From positions 1 through 53,795 of the IMG/VR virus record IMGVR_UViG_3300031949_000051: a DNA stretch of 53,795 nt; one strand, written 5' to 3'. The DNA comes from a virus. Taxonomy: Duplodnaviria > Caudoviricetes. The notes under the pieces are model-generated. The model was not told the DNA's origin. It was given only the letters and a program-made list of their open reading frames with translations, and did not search any database. Position numbers and translations under genes: made by a program. How positions within the stretch are numbered: position 1 is the first letter of the stretch; each line of letters starts with the position of its first letter. Positions 27,868 through 37,618 of this stretch are shown in pieces.

Positions 27868-28169
27868 AGCTCAGGCCCCGCAGCAACCAGATGGTGATCC
27901 GCCTCCTGCCGGAGAGCGAGAGCGCGGCGCTCAATCGGAGGAAGGAGGGGCTGATCGTCGCCCCTGAGAAGCGGGACACTTACCAAACGGGGGATCACGT
28001 CCCTGATCGGGTGCGGGTCGCGGAGGTGCTGGCGGTTGGGCACGAGGCAGCGCGGGCGTTTGAGGAGCCCCCCAAGCGGGTGCTTGTCAACTTCGCCGCC
28101 GGGGAGCCGCTGGCCGACGAGGCGTGCCGGGTGGTCGAGCCCGATCAGCTTCTTGCCGTGGTAGACTGA
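27864..28169 (+). CDS. GroES-like co-chaperonin
   Basis: AGGAGG RBS, TTG start; LRPRSNQMVIR...GLIV...AEVLAVG...DQLLAVVD follows the GroES pattern. Confidence 0.7.
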   Translation: MKLRPRSNQMVIRLLPESESAALNRRKEGLIVAPEKRDTYQTGDHVPDRVRVAEVLAVGHEAARAFEEPPKRVLVNFAAGEPLADEACRVVEPDQLLAVVD

Positions 28170-28171
28170 GA

Positions 28172-28498
28172 ATGTGGCGGCTGACTCAGTGGAAAGCATG
28201 CGATGGAGTTGGCTGCTGCGACACGCACGGCCTCTTCCCCGGGCGCGGTGAGAACGAGGGGCGCTGCCGGTACTGGACGGGGAAGCGGTGCGCGCTGATG
28301 CTTGACTTGTTCGGCCCCGAGTTGCAAGTGGCGCTGAGCCCTGCGGAGCGTCGAGTGTTCGCGAAGGAGTGCTTGTTCTGGCCCATCCCTGGAAAAGTCG
28401 AATCACTCAATGACATCTACACCGACAAGGAGCGGAAGCTGCTCCACCTTGAACCAGCGCAAGGATGCTGCTTGCGGTGGGAGTCGGCAAATGAGTAA
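28172..28498 (+). CDS. Cys-cluster protein (YkgJ/CxxCxxCC-like)
   Basis: CDGVGCC...RC...RC...ECLFWP...GCC. Confidence 0.55.
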   Translation: MWRLTQWKACDGVGCCDTHGLFPGRGENEGRCRYWTGKRCALMLDLFGPELQVALSPAERRVFAKECLFWPIPGKVESLNDIYTDKERKLLHLEPAQGCCLRWESANE

Positions 28499-29381
28499 GC
28501 GGCGTTGGATAGTCTTCCCGAGCGGGGAGATCGTGCCGGAGATCCGAGGGGGAATCGAGCCGGTAACCACCGCTGCACTCATCGCAGGCGGAGCTGCCAT
28601 TGTGGGGAGCGCCATGGGCAAGGCGCCCAAGAGTGCGATCCCCATTCAATCCACAAAGCGCACCAACCGGATGGGACTGGAACTGTTCCAGAGTCTCATC
28701 GCGGGGGGCATCCCGGGATTCGAGGGCGATCTCTCCGCCCCGCTCGGCGAAGGCGAGCAGAACATCCTCGGCCTCATCCCCAGCGCCGGGCAGACGCTCG
28801 CCGGGTTCTTCGACCCCAACTTTGGCGCCGACCTCCTCACCCGGTTCGAGACCGCCCGCCGCCCCTTCGTCGAGCGGCAGATTGAACTCGGCAAGTCGTC
28901 GCTGCGGGAGTCGGAGTCACTGGGCGGCACCCTCTTCAGCACCGGGCGCATTCAACGGGAGAGCGATCTCACCCGCGACATCTTCGCGTCCGAGCAGGCG
29001 CAAGCCGCCCCCCTCGCCGCCCAGCTCTCCCTTGCTGGGCCGCAGCTCCAGCTTCAGGCGGCGGGTCAGCTCCCCGGGCTCCTTGGCGCTGCCGGCCTCC
29101 CGCGCCAGATCGAGCAAGATGCCATCAACCGCGAGCTTGCGGAGTTCATCCGCACCTCGCCACAGGCGTTGCTCCCATACATACTCCAGCTCATCACGGG
29201 GTCGGCCGGGCCGCAGCCTCAGCAGCAGAGCGCGCTCACGCAGGCGGCTCCCGCGCTCGCCGGACTCAGCGGCGGGCTCTTCAACTTGGGGGCTGCGCAG
29301 CAGACACCGGGGTCGCAGATCAATCAGCCGAACAACAACGTCCCGGGTACACCCGATTTCTATGGCCCGCAGCAACCTTAA
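28491..29381 (+). CDS. DNA ejection/pilot protein (P22 gp7-like position)
   Basis: Leader ending IRGG, Gly/Ala hydrophobic segment, Gln/Ala-rich body. Confidence 0.7.
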   Translation: MSKRRWIVFPSGEIVPEIRGGIEPVTTAALIAGGAAIVGSAMGKAPKSAIPIQSTKRTNRMGLELFQSLIAGGIPGFEGDLSAPLGEGEQNILGLIPSAGQTLAGFFDPNFGADLLTRFETARRPFVERQIELGKSSLRESESLGGTLFSTGRIQRESDLTRDIFASEQAQAAPLAAQLSLAGPQLQLQAAGQLPGLLGAAGLPRQIEQDAINRELAEFIRTSPQALLPYILQLITGSAGPQPQQQSALTQAAPALAGLSGGLFNLGAAQQTPGSQINQPNNNVPGTPDFYGPQQP

Positions 29382-29382
29382 C

Positions 29383-29415
29383 GATCAGTAGATATCTACT
29401 GATCCAGTAGAGATC
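29383..29415. repeat. GATC-rich palindromic element (copy A)
   Basis: Perfect 22-bp palindrome GATCAGTAGATATCTACTGATC (29383-29404) plus CAGTAGAGATC. Confidence 0.85.
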
Positions 29416-29420
29416 ATCCA

Positions 29421-30788
29421 ATGGCAAACGGCGAAGACACTGGCGCTCAGGTCGGGCAGATCCTCCTCCAGGCGCTGACCCAGGCGGCGAACCTCCGCCG
29501 CGACGCGCAGCAGTTTGCCGAGCAGATGGGAGCGCAGGCACGGCGCGACAGGGCGAACATCTACTCGGATCTCTTCAACCGGGGGCTGATCGACCGGGAT
29601 GTGTTTACAAAGGAGATGGGCCTCCCGGTGAGCGCAGTGCCGGAGGAGGCGCCGGCAGTAGCGGGCGAGAAAGCACGCACCGCCAGTCTCCAAGCAGGGA
29701 CGCAACGCGAGATCCTCGGCACTCAGCAGGATGTCGAGGAGAAGAACGAACTCACTCCGGAGCAGAAGCAGCAGCTCCAGAAGGCGCTTGCAGCGGGAGA
29801 TACCGCAACTGCTCTGAAGATCGCAGCCGCAGCGCCCCCCGCAAGCAAGCTCGCCCGGCTGCGCGACGAGCTGAACCGCAACTCAATGGAGACGACCGGG
29901 CAGCCGGTGGATGAGCGGGTGTTCCAAGGGGCGGTGGCTGCCGAGTATGGCTTTGAGACCGACCCGCAGATAGCCAAGGAAGCCGCTGAGTTCAAGAAGG
30001 CGAGCCGCGATCTCGGGATGCGGAAGCTGCAAGCAGAGGTAAGCGAAGCGGAGATGTCGCTTGAGAAGCTCAAGAAGGGGGACGACCTCACTTCCTTCCA
30101 GCGCGGGCAGCTCTTGCTTGAGCTGGGCGACGAGAAGCGCACCGCCAAGCGCGACGAACGCTACCAGCAGTTGCAGCGCAATGTCGCCGACCGCAAGGAG
30201 CTGGATGATCTCAAGCGCAAGGAGAGTGCTGCTGAGAAAGCAGGTGGCAAGGAGTTGACGAACGCACAGGAGAAGCGGCTGGCGGATCTCGAAGTGCGGG
30301 AGAAGAGCCCGCTTAATCCCCTCCCCGATGCGGTTTCACTCGCCGAGGAGAAGTCGGCACTCGACGATCTCTTCGAGTACGACGAACAGATCCGCAAGCT
30401 GGTGCTGGGCGGCGTGGAACCCACCAAGGGAGCCGAGGAAGGCGACGAGGATCTCGTTGACGAAGCATTTACCGAGCCCGGCGCGTCGGCCGAGGAGTTC
30501 GACGCCGATGTGGTGATCGGGCGCATCCTCAGCGGGGAGCAGGAGCCGACGGACGAGATCGTGAGCCAGCTTGCCGCGGATCTCCAAGTGAGCGAAGCTG
30601 CCATCCGTCAGAAGATCACCAAGGAGCGCAGCGTTGGGCTCAAGCGGGAAGCAGGCGCTGAGCAGGCCCGCGGGCAGGAGAGCGTCCGCAAGCGCGCCAA
30701 CCGCAAGCGGCGTCTCGGCCTCTCGCTTACGCCCGAGGAACAAGAAATCATCGACCAGCAAGTGAAGCGCGCCCGCCACCCGCGCTGA
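29421..30788 (+). CDS. Internal virion/ejection protein
   Basis: 455 aa, charged coiled-coil; follows pilot gene. Confidence 0.7.
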   Translation: MANGEDTGAQVGQILLQALTQAANLRRDAQQFAEQMGAQARRDRANIYSDLFNRGLIDRDVFTKEMGLPVSAVPEEAPAVAGEKARTASLQAGTQREILGTQQDVEEKNELTPEQKQQLQKALAAGDTATALKIAAAAPPASKLARLRDELNRNSMETTGQPVDERVFQGAVAAEYGFETDPQIAKEAAEFKKASRDLGMRKLQAEVSEAEMSLEKLKKGDDLTSFQRGQLLLELGDEKRTAKRDERYQQLQRNVADRKELDDLKRKESAAEKAGGKELTNAQEKRLADLEVREKSPLNPLPDAVSLAEEKSALDDLFEYDEQIRKLVLGGVEPTKGAEEGDEDLVDEAFTEPGASAEEFDADVVIGRILSGEQEPTDEIVSQLAADLQVSEAAIRQKITKERSVGLKREAGAEQARGQESVRKRANRKRRLGLSLTPEEQEIIDQQVKRARHPR

Positions 30789-30795
30789 GTAGCCT

Positions 30796-33273
30796 ATGCC
30801 CATCGATCCCGAAGACCGCATCGCAGCGGTCAAGAATGTCTCGAATCTCCGCGCCATTGGTCTGAGCAACGAGGAGATCGTCGAGGCTCTCCGCCGCCGC
30901 TACCGCCCTGAGAGCACCGGCCTGCCCGACAGCCCGGAGGCGCAGAGCCTGCGCTCCTCTCACTACCGCCGCATCGGCAAGTTCGGGTTCGACCCGTTCG
31001 AGGCGCCGCTTGACGAGCAGCAGCGCGGGAGCATCCCCGAACCCATCCTCAGCTTCCTCGACAGCGCCCTCTCGCCGGTTGGCATCCTCGCGCTCGCTGC
31101 CGGCGGGCCGCTGGGGCGCGGGCTTGCGGGCGCAGGCGCAGGCGTCGGCCGGGCGTTGATGAGCGGCAAGGCGGGGGCGGTTGCCGTCAACGCATTCACC
31201 GACAGCTTCTTCTTCCGCGGGGTGATGAGTTCTGTTGGGTTCAGCGCTCCGTTCACGGCCGGTGAGATCGCCGAGCGGGTGGAGGCAGGAGAGCCGTTCA
31301 TGGCTGAAGCAGCCCGGGTCATGCTGTGGTCGGGGGCCATCGACGCTGCGTTTGGAGCGCTCCGCCTCCCGCGGCTCCTGCGCGAGCGGGCTGCCCGGGT
31401 GGCGGGGGAGATTGCCAACGACTCACTCATGGCCGGGTTGAGCATGGAGCGCCCGGCTGTGACCGCGGCAGCTTCGGCCGCGGGGAAGAAGGAGATTGCA
31501 GAGGGGCTGGGTGAAGCAGCAGCGGAAGGCGAAGCCGTCCGGCGCGCCAGCATCGAGTTCGCTGCGGCTGTTGACGAAGCCTCCTTCCTGCGCAAGCTTG
31601 AACGCCTGGGCATTCCCGAGCAGCGCATCCGGGAGCACATGCTGGCGGTGCAAGAGGGAGCGTCCCCGGACGAGATCATCCTCAAGGCGGGGGAGGCAAC
31701 TGCTGCCGGCATCCGACGCATCCGTGAACGCCTGCGCGCCTCGGGCATGGTGCTTCCCACGCGGTTGGAAAGGCGCCTCTTCAAAACGGAGGCGGTCAAT
31801 ATCGCCGCCCCCGAGGGCCTTATCCACGTTGAGGATCGCGTCGCCGCCCAGTTCCTCGGCTCGGTGCACACCGAGGCGGTGATCGCCGGAGCGGAGAAGG
31901 CGATGACGGAGGGTGGGCTATCGCTGGGCCAGCAGCGCGCCGTTCTCGCTGGAGCCACCCAGCAGATGCTCAAGACAGCCGGGGTGGAGTCGCTGGACGA
32001 ATTGGCTACTCGCTTCCCGACCCAGGCGCGCAGCATACAGCTCCTCTTTGGGCGGCTTGACCTTGCCGACGAAGCTGCGGCAGGCGGCCTCCACCTGACC
32101 ACCAAGTTTGATCCCCGCACCCTCACCCGGGCAAGCGACGACTTCGTGCGCGCCGGACAGCTCAGCCCGGGGGATGTGGTGATCCCACGCAACAGCCCCA
32201 CGCCTGTGACTATCCGCTCCATCCACGCCGCCTCCCGCATGGCCGAAGCAGCCGACCCGCTCGGCAACCGGATGATGCTCTACGCCGACGACGTGGTGCG
32301 GCGCATCGAAGCAGCCGAGCAGCCCGGCAGCCTCCCCCCCTTCGTTCGCAAGGAGCTGGCGGAGAGTGTTGACGAGCTGAACGCGGTGCGCGCCGCCCGC
32401 GGTGCTGGGCCACAAGCCCGGGCTGCGGCGGCGCTCCACCGCTCCCCGCTCGCTGCCGACCCCCCGCCCAGTACTGTCGTCGTCGGGTACAAGGTGAGCT
32501 TCAACCCGGTCGGCGCCATTGCCAAGGCTGCCCAGCGCTTCGAGCACCTACCTGGCCATGCGGGCGTGGGCAACGCTCCCCTCCGCTCCCGCATCCCCAT
32601 CAGCCCCACTGCCGGCAGCCTGACCCGGGAGCAGCGCGTAGCCACCCGTCTCCTTGAACGCCCGGAGAAGGAGGCTGCTGTCAAGGCCGCCCGAGCCGCG
32701 GCCCGCGAGGAGGCCCTCAATCTGGCAAGAACGGAACTGAAGGTGAGCACTGTCCGCCGCGAGGCCATCCGCATCCTTGAGCCCGTCGCTGCGACCCAGC
32801 GCCGCCTCGCTGGCGGGGCTACACGCGAGCTTCGTGAGGTGCTGAGGGTGGGAGCCCGCGAACTGGCAGATCGTGGCGTGGAGGGCCGTATACGCGGTTT
32901 TGAGGCACCGAAGCTGCCCGTTGTCCCCGACCGCCTTCCTGTGCCTCAAAGTGAGCGCCTCCTCATCACCCTCCACAACCGGGTACGGGAGCTGGGGGGC
33001 ACCGGGATCGAGCAAGTGCAACTCTCCGGAGGACTTACGCCAACACGTGCCGGGACCGAGGCCGTCAAGCGCCTCAAGGGGGGCGGAGCGGGGAGCTTCG
33101 CCTACCGTGCCAGCCTGCCGGACGGGGTGCTCACCGCCGACACCCTCCCCTCCTTGAAGGCCGCCTTGGATCAGTACCAGCCGATGCTTCCACGCACCCC
33201 GGGGCAGCGCCTCCGCCAGACTCTCGACGCCATCGAGGGGAAGATCCCCGGGTGCAAGCCGAGGAGGGGGTAG
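30796..33273 (+). CDS. Large internal virion protein
   Basis: 825 aa, Ala/Arg-rich with hydrophobic N-terminal segments. Confidence 0.75.
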   Translation: MPIDPEDRIAAVKNVSNLRAIGLSNEEIVEALRRRYRPESTGLPDSPEAQSLRSSHYRRIGKFGFDPFEAPLDEQQRGSIPEPILSFLDSALSPVGILALAAGGPLGRGLAGAGAGVGRALMSGKAGAVAVNAFTDSFFFRGVMSSVGFSAPFTAGEIAERVEAGEPFMAEAARVMLWSGAIDAAFGALRLPRLLRERAARVAGEIANDSLMAGLSMERPAVTAAASAAGKKEIAEGLGEAAAEGEAVRRASIEFAAAVDEASFLRKLERLGIPEQRIREHMLAVQEGASPDEIILKAGEATAAGIRRIRERLRASGMVLPTRLERRLFKTEAVNIAAPEGLIHVEDRVAAQFLGSVHTEAVIAGAEKAMTEGGLSLGQQRAVLAGATQQMLKTAGVESLDELATRFPTQARSIQLLFGRLDLADEAAAGGLHLTTKFDPRTLTRASDDFVRAGQLSPGDVVIPRNSPTPVTIRSIHAASRMAEAADPLGNRMMLYADDVVRRIEAAEQPGSLPPFVRKELAESVDELNAVRAARGAGPQARAAAALHRSPLAADPPPSTVVVGYKVSFNPVGAIAKAAQRFEHLPGHAGVGNAPLRSRIPISPTAGSLTREQRVATRLLERPEKEAAVKAARAAAREEALNLARTELKVSTVRREAIRILEPVAATQRRLAGGATRELREVLRVGARELADRGVEGRIRGFEAPKLPVVPDRLPVPQSERLLITLHNRVRELGGTGIEQVQLSGGLTPTRAGTEAVKRLKGGGAGSFAYRASLPDGVLTADTLPSLKAALDQYQPMLPRTPGQRLRQTLDAIEGKIPGCKPRRG

Positions 33274-33276
33274 CTG

Positions 33277-33340
33277 ATGCGATCCCGCAGATCAGTAGTT
33301 ATCTACTGGATCAGTGATCATCTACTGATCCCCGGAGCAT
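33277..33340. repeat. GATC-rich palindromic element (copy B, tandem)
   Basis: GATCAGTAGTTATCTACTGGATCAGTGATCATCTACTGATC (33290-33330); CTGATG on both flanks. Confidence 0.8.
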
Positions 33341-33344
33341 CCTG

Positions 33345-36296
33345 ATGGCTCGCGTCCCCTGCCTCGACGCTGCGGAGGGCCTCTTCAAGACCTTCCGCCG
33401 CCAGTACGAAACCGCCCGTCCCGGTCGCGGCCGGGTCGATGCTGCGCACACCGCCTGGATCGCAACCGAGCGCGATATGATCCGCTCGTACGGCACCAAC
33501 CGCCGCATCGCCGAGGCCATCCTTGGCACCCGCGCCACGTTGAGCCAAGTCTTGTACGGCCTGCGCCCCCCGTCCGACATCTTCCCGGAGGTGTTCTACT
33601 CGCCCATCCAATCCGCTCTGCGCCTCGTGCAGCGCGACCTCTCCAAGGCCGATGCCATCCAGACCGCGCTGCGCCAAGTCGGCATCACCCGCTACAGCCG
33701 CACCTCCATTGCAATGGCGGAGATCATGGATGTCCTCCCTGTCTCCGAGATGGCCAAGCTGGAGTCGTTCACCGACGACGGCCTGCGCGCAATCGCCCGC
33801 CAGACCAGCCCCGACGCAGAAGTCGTCGTCGAGGGCGCGCTTAAGCACATCCGCGGCCACGAGCGCATCGGGCGCGCCTCTCAAGCCCGCGAACACTGGC
33901 GCAACGGCGTCCTCCTCATCCGCGAGCTTCGCAAGGAGGCTGAGAAGATCGCCGGGCAGGAGCTGATCATGGCCGGCAAGGAGCCTACGCAGGAGGCCAT
34001 CGAGAAGCACCTTGGCGGCCGCACCCTCAGCGCCTACGCCACCCACTTCGTCCGCCAGACGCTGAGCGACGAAGCGCGCGAGGAGCTGCTGGAGCGCGCT
34101 GCCCCTTGGATTCGTGCCAACCACGCCGAGATGATGGACACCCTGGAGCGGATGCTCGCGCTCTCCCCCGACGGCTCGGGGATCGCCGGGCAGGGGCAAC
34201 CCTTTATCCTCATCCGCAACGATCCCGTCACTGGCAAGGAGGCGCAGCGCTTCGTCAGCCACGACCTCACCGAGCTGATGAACGTGCTGTTCCCGGGGTT
34301 CAACGAGCGCTTCACTACCCCCGACGCCCGCAACACACTCTACCAGCAGCTCCGCTCCGCCTTCGCGTCCGAGCGCGACCGTTTCAAGGCCGTCACCAAG
34401 GTGATCCCCGATGACATCTGGGTGCGCTTCTTCCAGGAGCGCCGCGGTGGAGGTGACTACGAGCTGGACTTCGTGCAGATGCTGGAGTCGTACATCCCCC
34501 CGGTCGCCCGGAAGATCCACCTTGAGCCGACAATGGACGTGGTGAACGGGCGAGTCGCCCAGTACAGCGTCGGCCGCCCCGAGCTTCGCGACGCCATGCA
34601 CCGCTACATCAACGTGATCATGGGGCGTGACAAGCCGCACTTCCCTGTCCTGCACCGAGCTGCCGGGTGGCTGACCAAGATGGCGTACAAGGGGACGCTG
34701 CTGGGCAACTTCAGCGCCGCCCTCACGAACTTCACGCAGCCGTTCCTCTTCACCATCCCCGAGGCGGGCTTCCGCGACTCCTGGGCGGCGATCAAGCTCC
34801 TCGGCACCCCCGAGTGGCGCCAGTTCTTCCACGAGATCGGCGACGACATCTTGATGCAGGTGACGCCGTTCGAGCAGTTTGCAACGCAGGGGCAGAAGCT
34901 GGAGACTCTCCGCCGCCTCTCGAACGCTCCCAACATGCTGAGCGCCCTGCGCATCGCCAAGGACTCCGCCGTCAGCCACATCGATGTCATGGCGCGGGTC
35001 GAATACTGGAACCGCCTCCATGCCTTCAGCACCGGCTTCTCCAAGGCTCTGCGTGAGGCCGGCATCGTCACCCGCGTTGATCCCTCCCAAGTCGAGACCC
35101 GCGTCCTCGAAGCCGCAGTCCTCGCCGGCAACCGGATGATCGAGCGCACTCAGTTCCTCTTCCTCTCCACCTCCCAGCCCGCCTTCATCCGGCAGATCAA
35201 CCGCCTGCCCGGCGGCCAGTTCCTCACCATGTTCAGCAACTTCCCGGTGCAGGCCACAAACCGCCTCGGGTCGTGGATCATCGAGGCCGGCAACCCGGAG
35301 ACCCGCGCGCAGGGGCTGGCGAAGATCACCCGCGCCATGGTGATGGGCAACATCGTTGCCGGCCCGTTCTGGATGGCGCCGTGGATGCGGGAGAAGCTGG
35401 AGAACGACGAGGACGACCAGCTCGACGAGTTCCTCAAGATTGCCGACCTCATCGAAGACGAGTACAGCATCGCGGGGATGTTCAACCTCGATCTCGCCTC
35501 CAAAACCGCCCCGGCGAGCATCGTCGAGAGCGCCCTCGCCATCTTCCGCCGCACCGGCTACGGAGGTGCGTCCCTCGCCGGCCGCGCCGGGGCTGATCTC
35601 ACTCCGATCCCCCGCTTCATCAGCAGCGGGATTGGAGCGTTCAATGAGCGTGATCCCCTTGAGCGCGAGATCCTCAAGGGCCGCATCTTTGGCGCTCTCG
35701 CCCCGCTCGCCGGCGGCAAAGCACCCGAGGATCTCCCGTGGTGGTCCATCCCTCCCGATGTCGCCCCCTTCGTCCCGGGCGGCGTCGCTCTCAACCGCTT
35801 CATCCGCACGCTCGATGTGCTGGGCGATCCCGACCGCCGCATCGAGCTTGAAGCCTCCCTTCAGCTTGACGAGAGGGGGCGTCCCCGGGCCGTCACCACC
35901 ATGTCACAGGAGATCCGCCGCCAGTTCGGCACCCCGCTTGAGGAGATGAAGATCGCCACGCGCGGGCGCACTGCTGAGCGCCGGTCTGAGGAGCGCAAGG
36001 TTGCCCGGCAGACGATCAAGCGGTTCGCGCTTGAGGGGCGCACCGAGGACATGTTCGCCATGCTAAACGACGACCCGACGCTCGCCGACGCACTCCAGCC
36101 GGAGCTGCTCGAAGCCGAGGCGGTCACGCGGTCGCTCCTCCCCCAAGCGCGCGCCTTCCGCACCATGCCGGAAGCGGAAGCGTTGGCCCGCTTCGAGACC
36201 GCCGCCGAGCGCCTCAGCAACCCGCGGATCACGACCGCGGAGCGCGTGCTTGAGGAGCAAATTGCTATGCTGGGCGTCGCCCGCTTCCGACGCTGA
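33345..36296 (+). CDS. Large internal virion/ejection protein
   Basis: 983 aa; NFSAALTNFTQP, TQF.F.....PAF, MFSNFP motifs of podoviral inner-core proteins; last gene of virion operon. Confidence 0.75.
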   Translation: MARVPCLDAAEGLFKTFRRQYETARPGRGRVDAAHTAWIATERDMIRSYGTNRRIAEAILGTRATLSQVLYGLRPPSDIFPEVFYSPIQSALRLVQRDLSKADAIQTALRQVGITRYSRTSIAMAEIMDVLPVSEMAKLESFTDDGLRAIARQTSPDAEVVVEGALKHIRGHERIGRASQAREHWRNGVLLIRELRKEAEKIAGQELIMAGKEPTQEAIEKHLGGRTLSAYATHFVRQTLSDEAREELLERAAPWIRANHAEMMDTLERMLALSPDGSGIAGQGQPFILIRNDPVTGKEAQRFVSHDLTELMNVLFPGFNERFTTPDARNTLYQQLRSAFASERDRFKAVTKVIPDDIWVRFFQERRGGGDYELDFVQMLESYIPPVARKIHLEPTMDVVNGRVAQYSVGRPELRDAMHRYINVIMGRDKPHFPVLHRAAGWLTKMAYKGTLLGNFSAALTNFTQPFLFTIPEAGFRDSWAAIKLLGTPEWRQFFHEIGDDILMQVTPFEQFATQGQKLETLRRLSNAPNMLSALRIAKDSAVSHIDVMARVEYWNRLHAFSTGFSKALREAGIVTRVDPSQVETRVLEAAVLAGNRMIERTQFLFLSTSQPAFIRQINRLPGGQFLTMFSNFPVQATNRLGSWIIEAGNPETRAQGLAKITRAMVMGNIVAGPFWMAPWMREKLENDEDDQLDEFLKIADLIEDEYSIAGMFNLDLASKTAPASIVESALAIFRRTGYGGASLAGRAGADLTPIPRFISSGIGAFNERDPLEREILKGRIFGALAPLAGGKAPEDLPWWSIPPDVAPFVPGGVALNRFIRTLDVLGDPDRRIELEASLQLDERGRPRAVTTMSQEIRRQFGTPLEEMKIATRGRTAERRSEERKVARQTIKRFALEGRTEDMFAMLNDDPTLADALQPELLEAEAVTRSLLPQARAFRTMPEAEALARFETAAERLSNPRITTAERVLEEQIAMLGVARFRR

Positions 36297-36304
36297 GCAC
36301 CCGC

Positions 36305-36505
36305 CTACCCAGGCCACGCACTCCCGCGCCTGATCTTCCTATACCTCGCCGTCCGCAGCGCTGAGATGCGGTTGCGAATCGCCTCCACCCCCGGCTCCCC
36401 GGCGATCAGCAGATCCACCACGTTGCGCTCTTGGTTGATCTCCGTGATGATGAACACGACGCCGGTTGCGGGGCTCTTGATCCAATCTCCCCGCACCCAG
36501 CCCAC
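36305..36505 (-). CDS. Hypothetical protein
   Basis: GTG just after helicase stop; GDWIKS..TG.VF.I.EIN. Confidence 0.5.
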   Translation of the reverse strand: MGWVRGDWIKSPATGVVFIITEINQERNVVDLLIAGEPGVEAIRNRISALRTARYRKIRRGSAWPG

Positions 36506-36506
36506 C

Positions 36507-37610
36507 CTACGCTTCCGGTGCGGCTGCATCGAACTCCTCGGAGGTGACTGCTTCGTCGGCGCTGGCCGCACCCTGGGAGCTGGCCGGCGCCACCAACCGC
36601 TTCCAAAGTGTTCCCTTGCCTTCCTTGCGCTGGGCGACTGCACCATCCTGCCCCAGAAGCTCCAGCCCCCGCAGCAGAGTGCTCCTGCCGTACGTCCCTG
36701 CTGCAATCCCCGGGAGTGTGTTCATCAGCTCCGTTGTGCTCATCTCGCCATCCCTCGGCAGCGCCGCCAATACCTCTTCCTTCGCCTTCGCCACTTTACC
36801 CTGCCGCTCCAGTGGAATGATATCCACTTTGACCGCGCCGTGTTCATCGACGTTGCGGATGCGAAAGTTGAGCGGCTCCGGGCGATCAGCATCCTCAATC
36901 CAGCGTGTCTTGTCGAGGTAGACGGTGGGCTTGCCGGCGCGGCGTTCGATGTAGAGGAGGCAATCGGCGGCGTTGCGGATCTCGGTCCCGCCGCGGGTCG
37001 CCCGCGCTGCGTTGCGGGCGTCTTTGCGTTTGGTGGCGCTCTCTTCGCTCTCCTTGTTGGTGTGATGGATGAGAATGACGGTGACGCCGAACTGGTTGCA
37101 GAGAGGGCGGAGAACGTGGCGCATGAGCATCGCCATCTCGGCGTTGTTCTCTTCACCGCGTCCATGGAAAGCGCGGAAGGCGTCAAGGATCAGCACCTGC
37201 GGCCGGTGCCGGGCGAGCGCCATGTTGAGTCTGGCACGCCCTTCGTGTTCGTCGATCCGGAAGCCGACACCGCTGTAGATGGCAACCTTGCCGCCCAGCG
37301 ACTCGAAAGTGGTCTCACGCCCGGCCGCAAGCGCGGTCAGCCGCCGGGTGATCTGCGGGATGGAAGAGTCTTCGTCGATGTACAGCACGGTGCGCGCTCC
37401 GGCAGGCTGCCGCCCTAAAACGTCCTTCCCTTGAGCGAGGCCGATGGTCATGTCGAGCGCAAGGAAACTCTTGCCGCTGCCTCCGTCGGCAACGACGACA
37501 ACGAGGTCGCCTTCAGCAATGTATGGTTCGGCGATCCACTTCGGCTCGGGGATGCCGTCGCGCTCGATGGCGGCAAGGTCGAGCGGGGGAGGGAGATGAT
37601 AGTCAGTCAT
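36507..37610 (-). CDS. RepA/SF4-type (AAA_25-like) replicative helicase with C-terminal wHTH
   Basis: Walker A ADGGSGKS, LYIDED, LILD, ILIHHTNK, RGG. Confidence 0.88.
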   Translation of the reverse strand: MTDYHLPPPLDLAAIERDGIPEPKWIAEPYIAEGDLVVVVADGGSGKSFLALDMTIGLAQGKDVLGRQPAGARTVLYIDEDSSIPQITRRLTALAAGRETTFESLGGKVAIYSGVGFRIDEHEGRARLNMALARHRPQVLILDAFRAFHGRGEENNAEMAMLMRHVLRPLCNQFGVTVILIHHTNKESEESATKRKDARNAARATRGGTEIRNAADCLLYIERRAGKPTVYLDKTRWIEDADRPEPLNFRIRNVDEHGAVKVDIIPLERQGKVAKAKEEVLAALPRDGEMSTTELMNTLPGIAAGTYGRSTLLRGLELLGQDGAVAQRKEGKGTLWKRLVAPASSQGAASADEAVTSEEFDAAAPEA

Positions 37611-37618
37611 TGTGCAAT

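Noticed and set aside
36263-36271. TGCTATGCT extended -10 pointing antisense into replication genes
   Set aside because: Within coding sequence with no upstream box; insufficient support.
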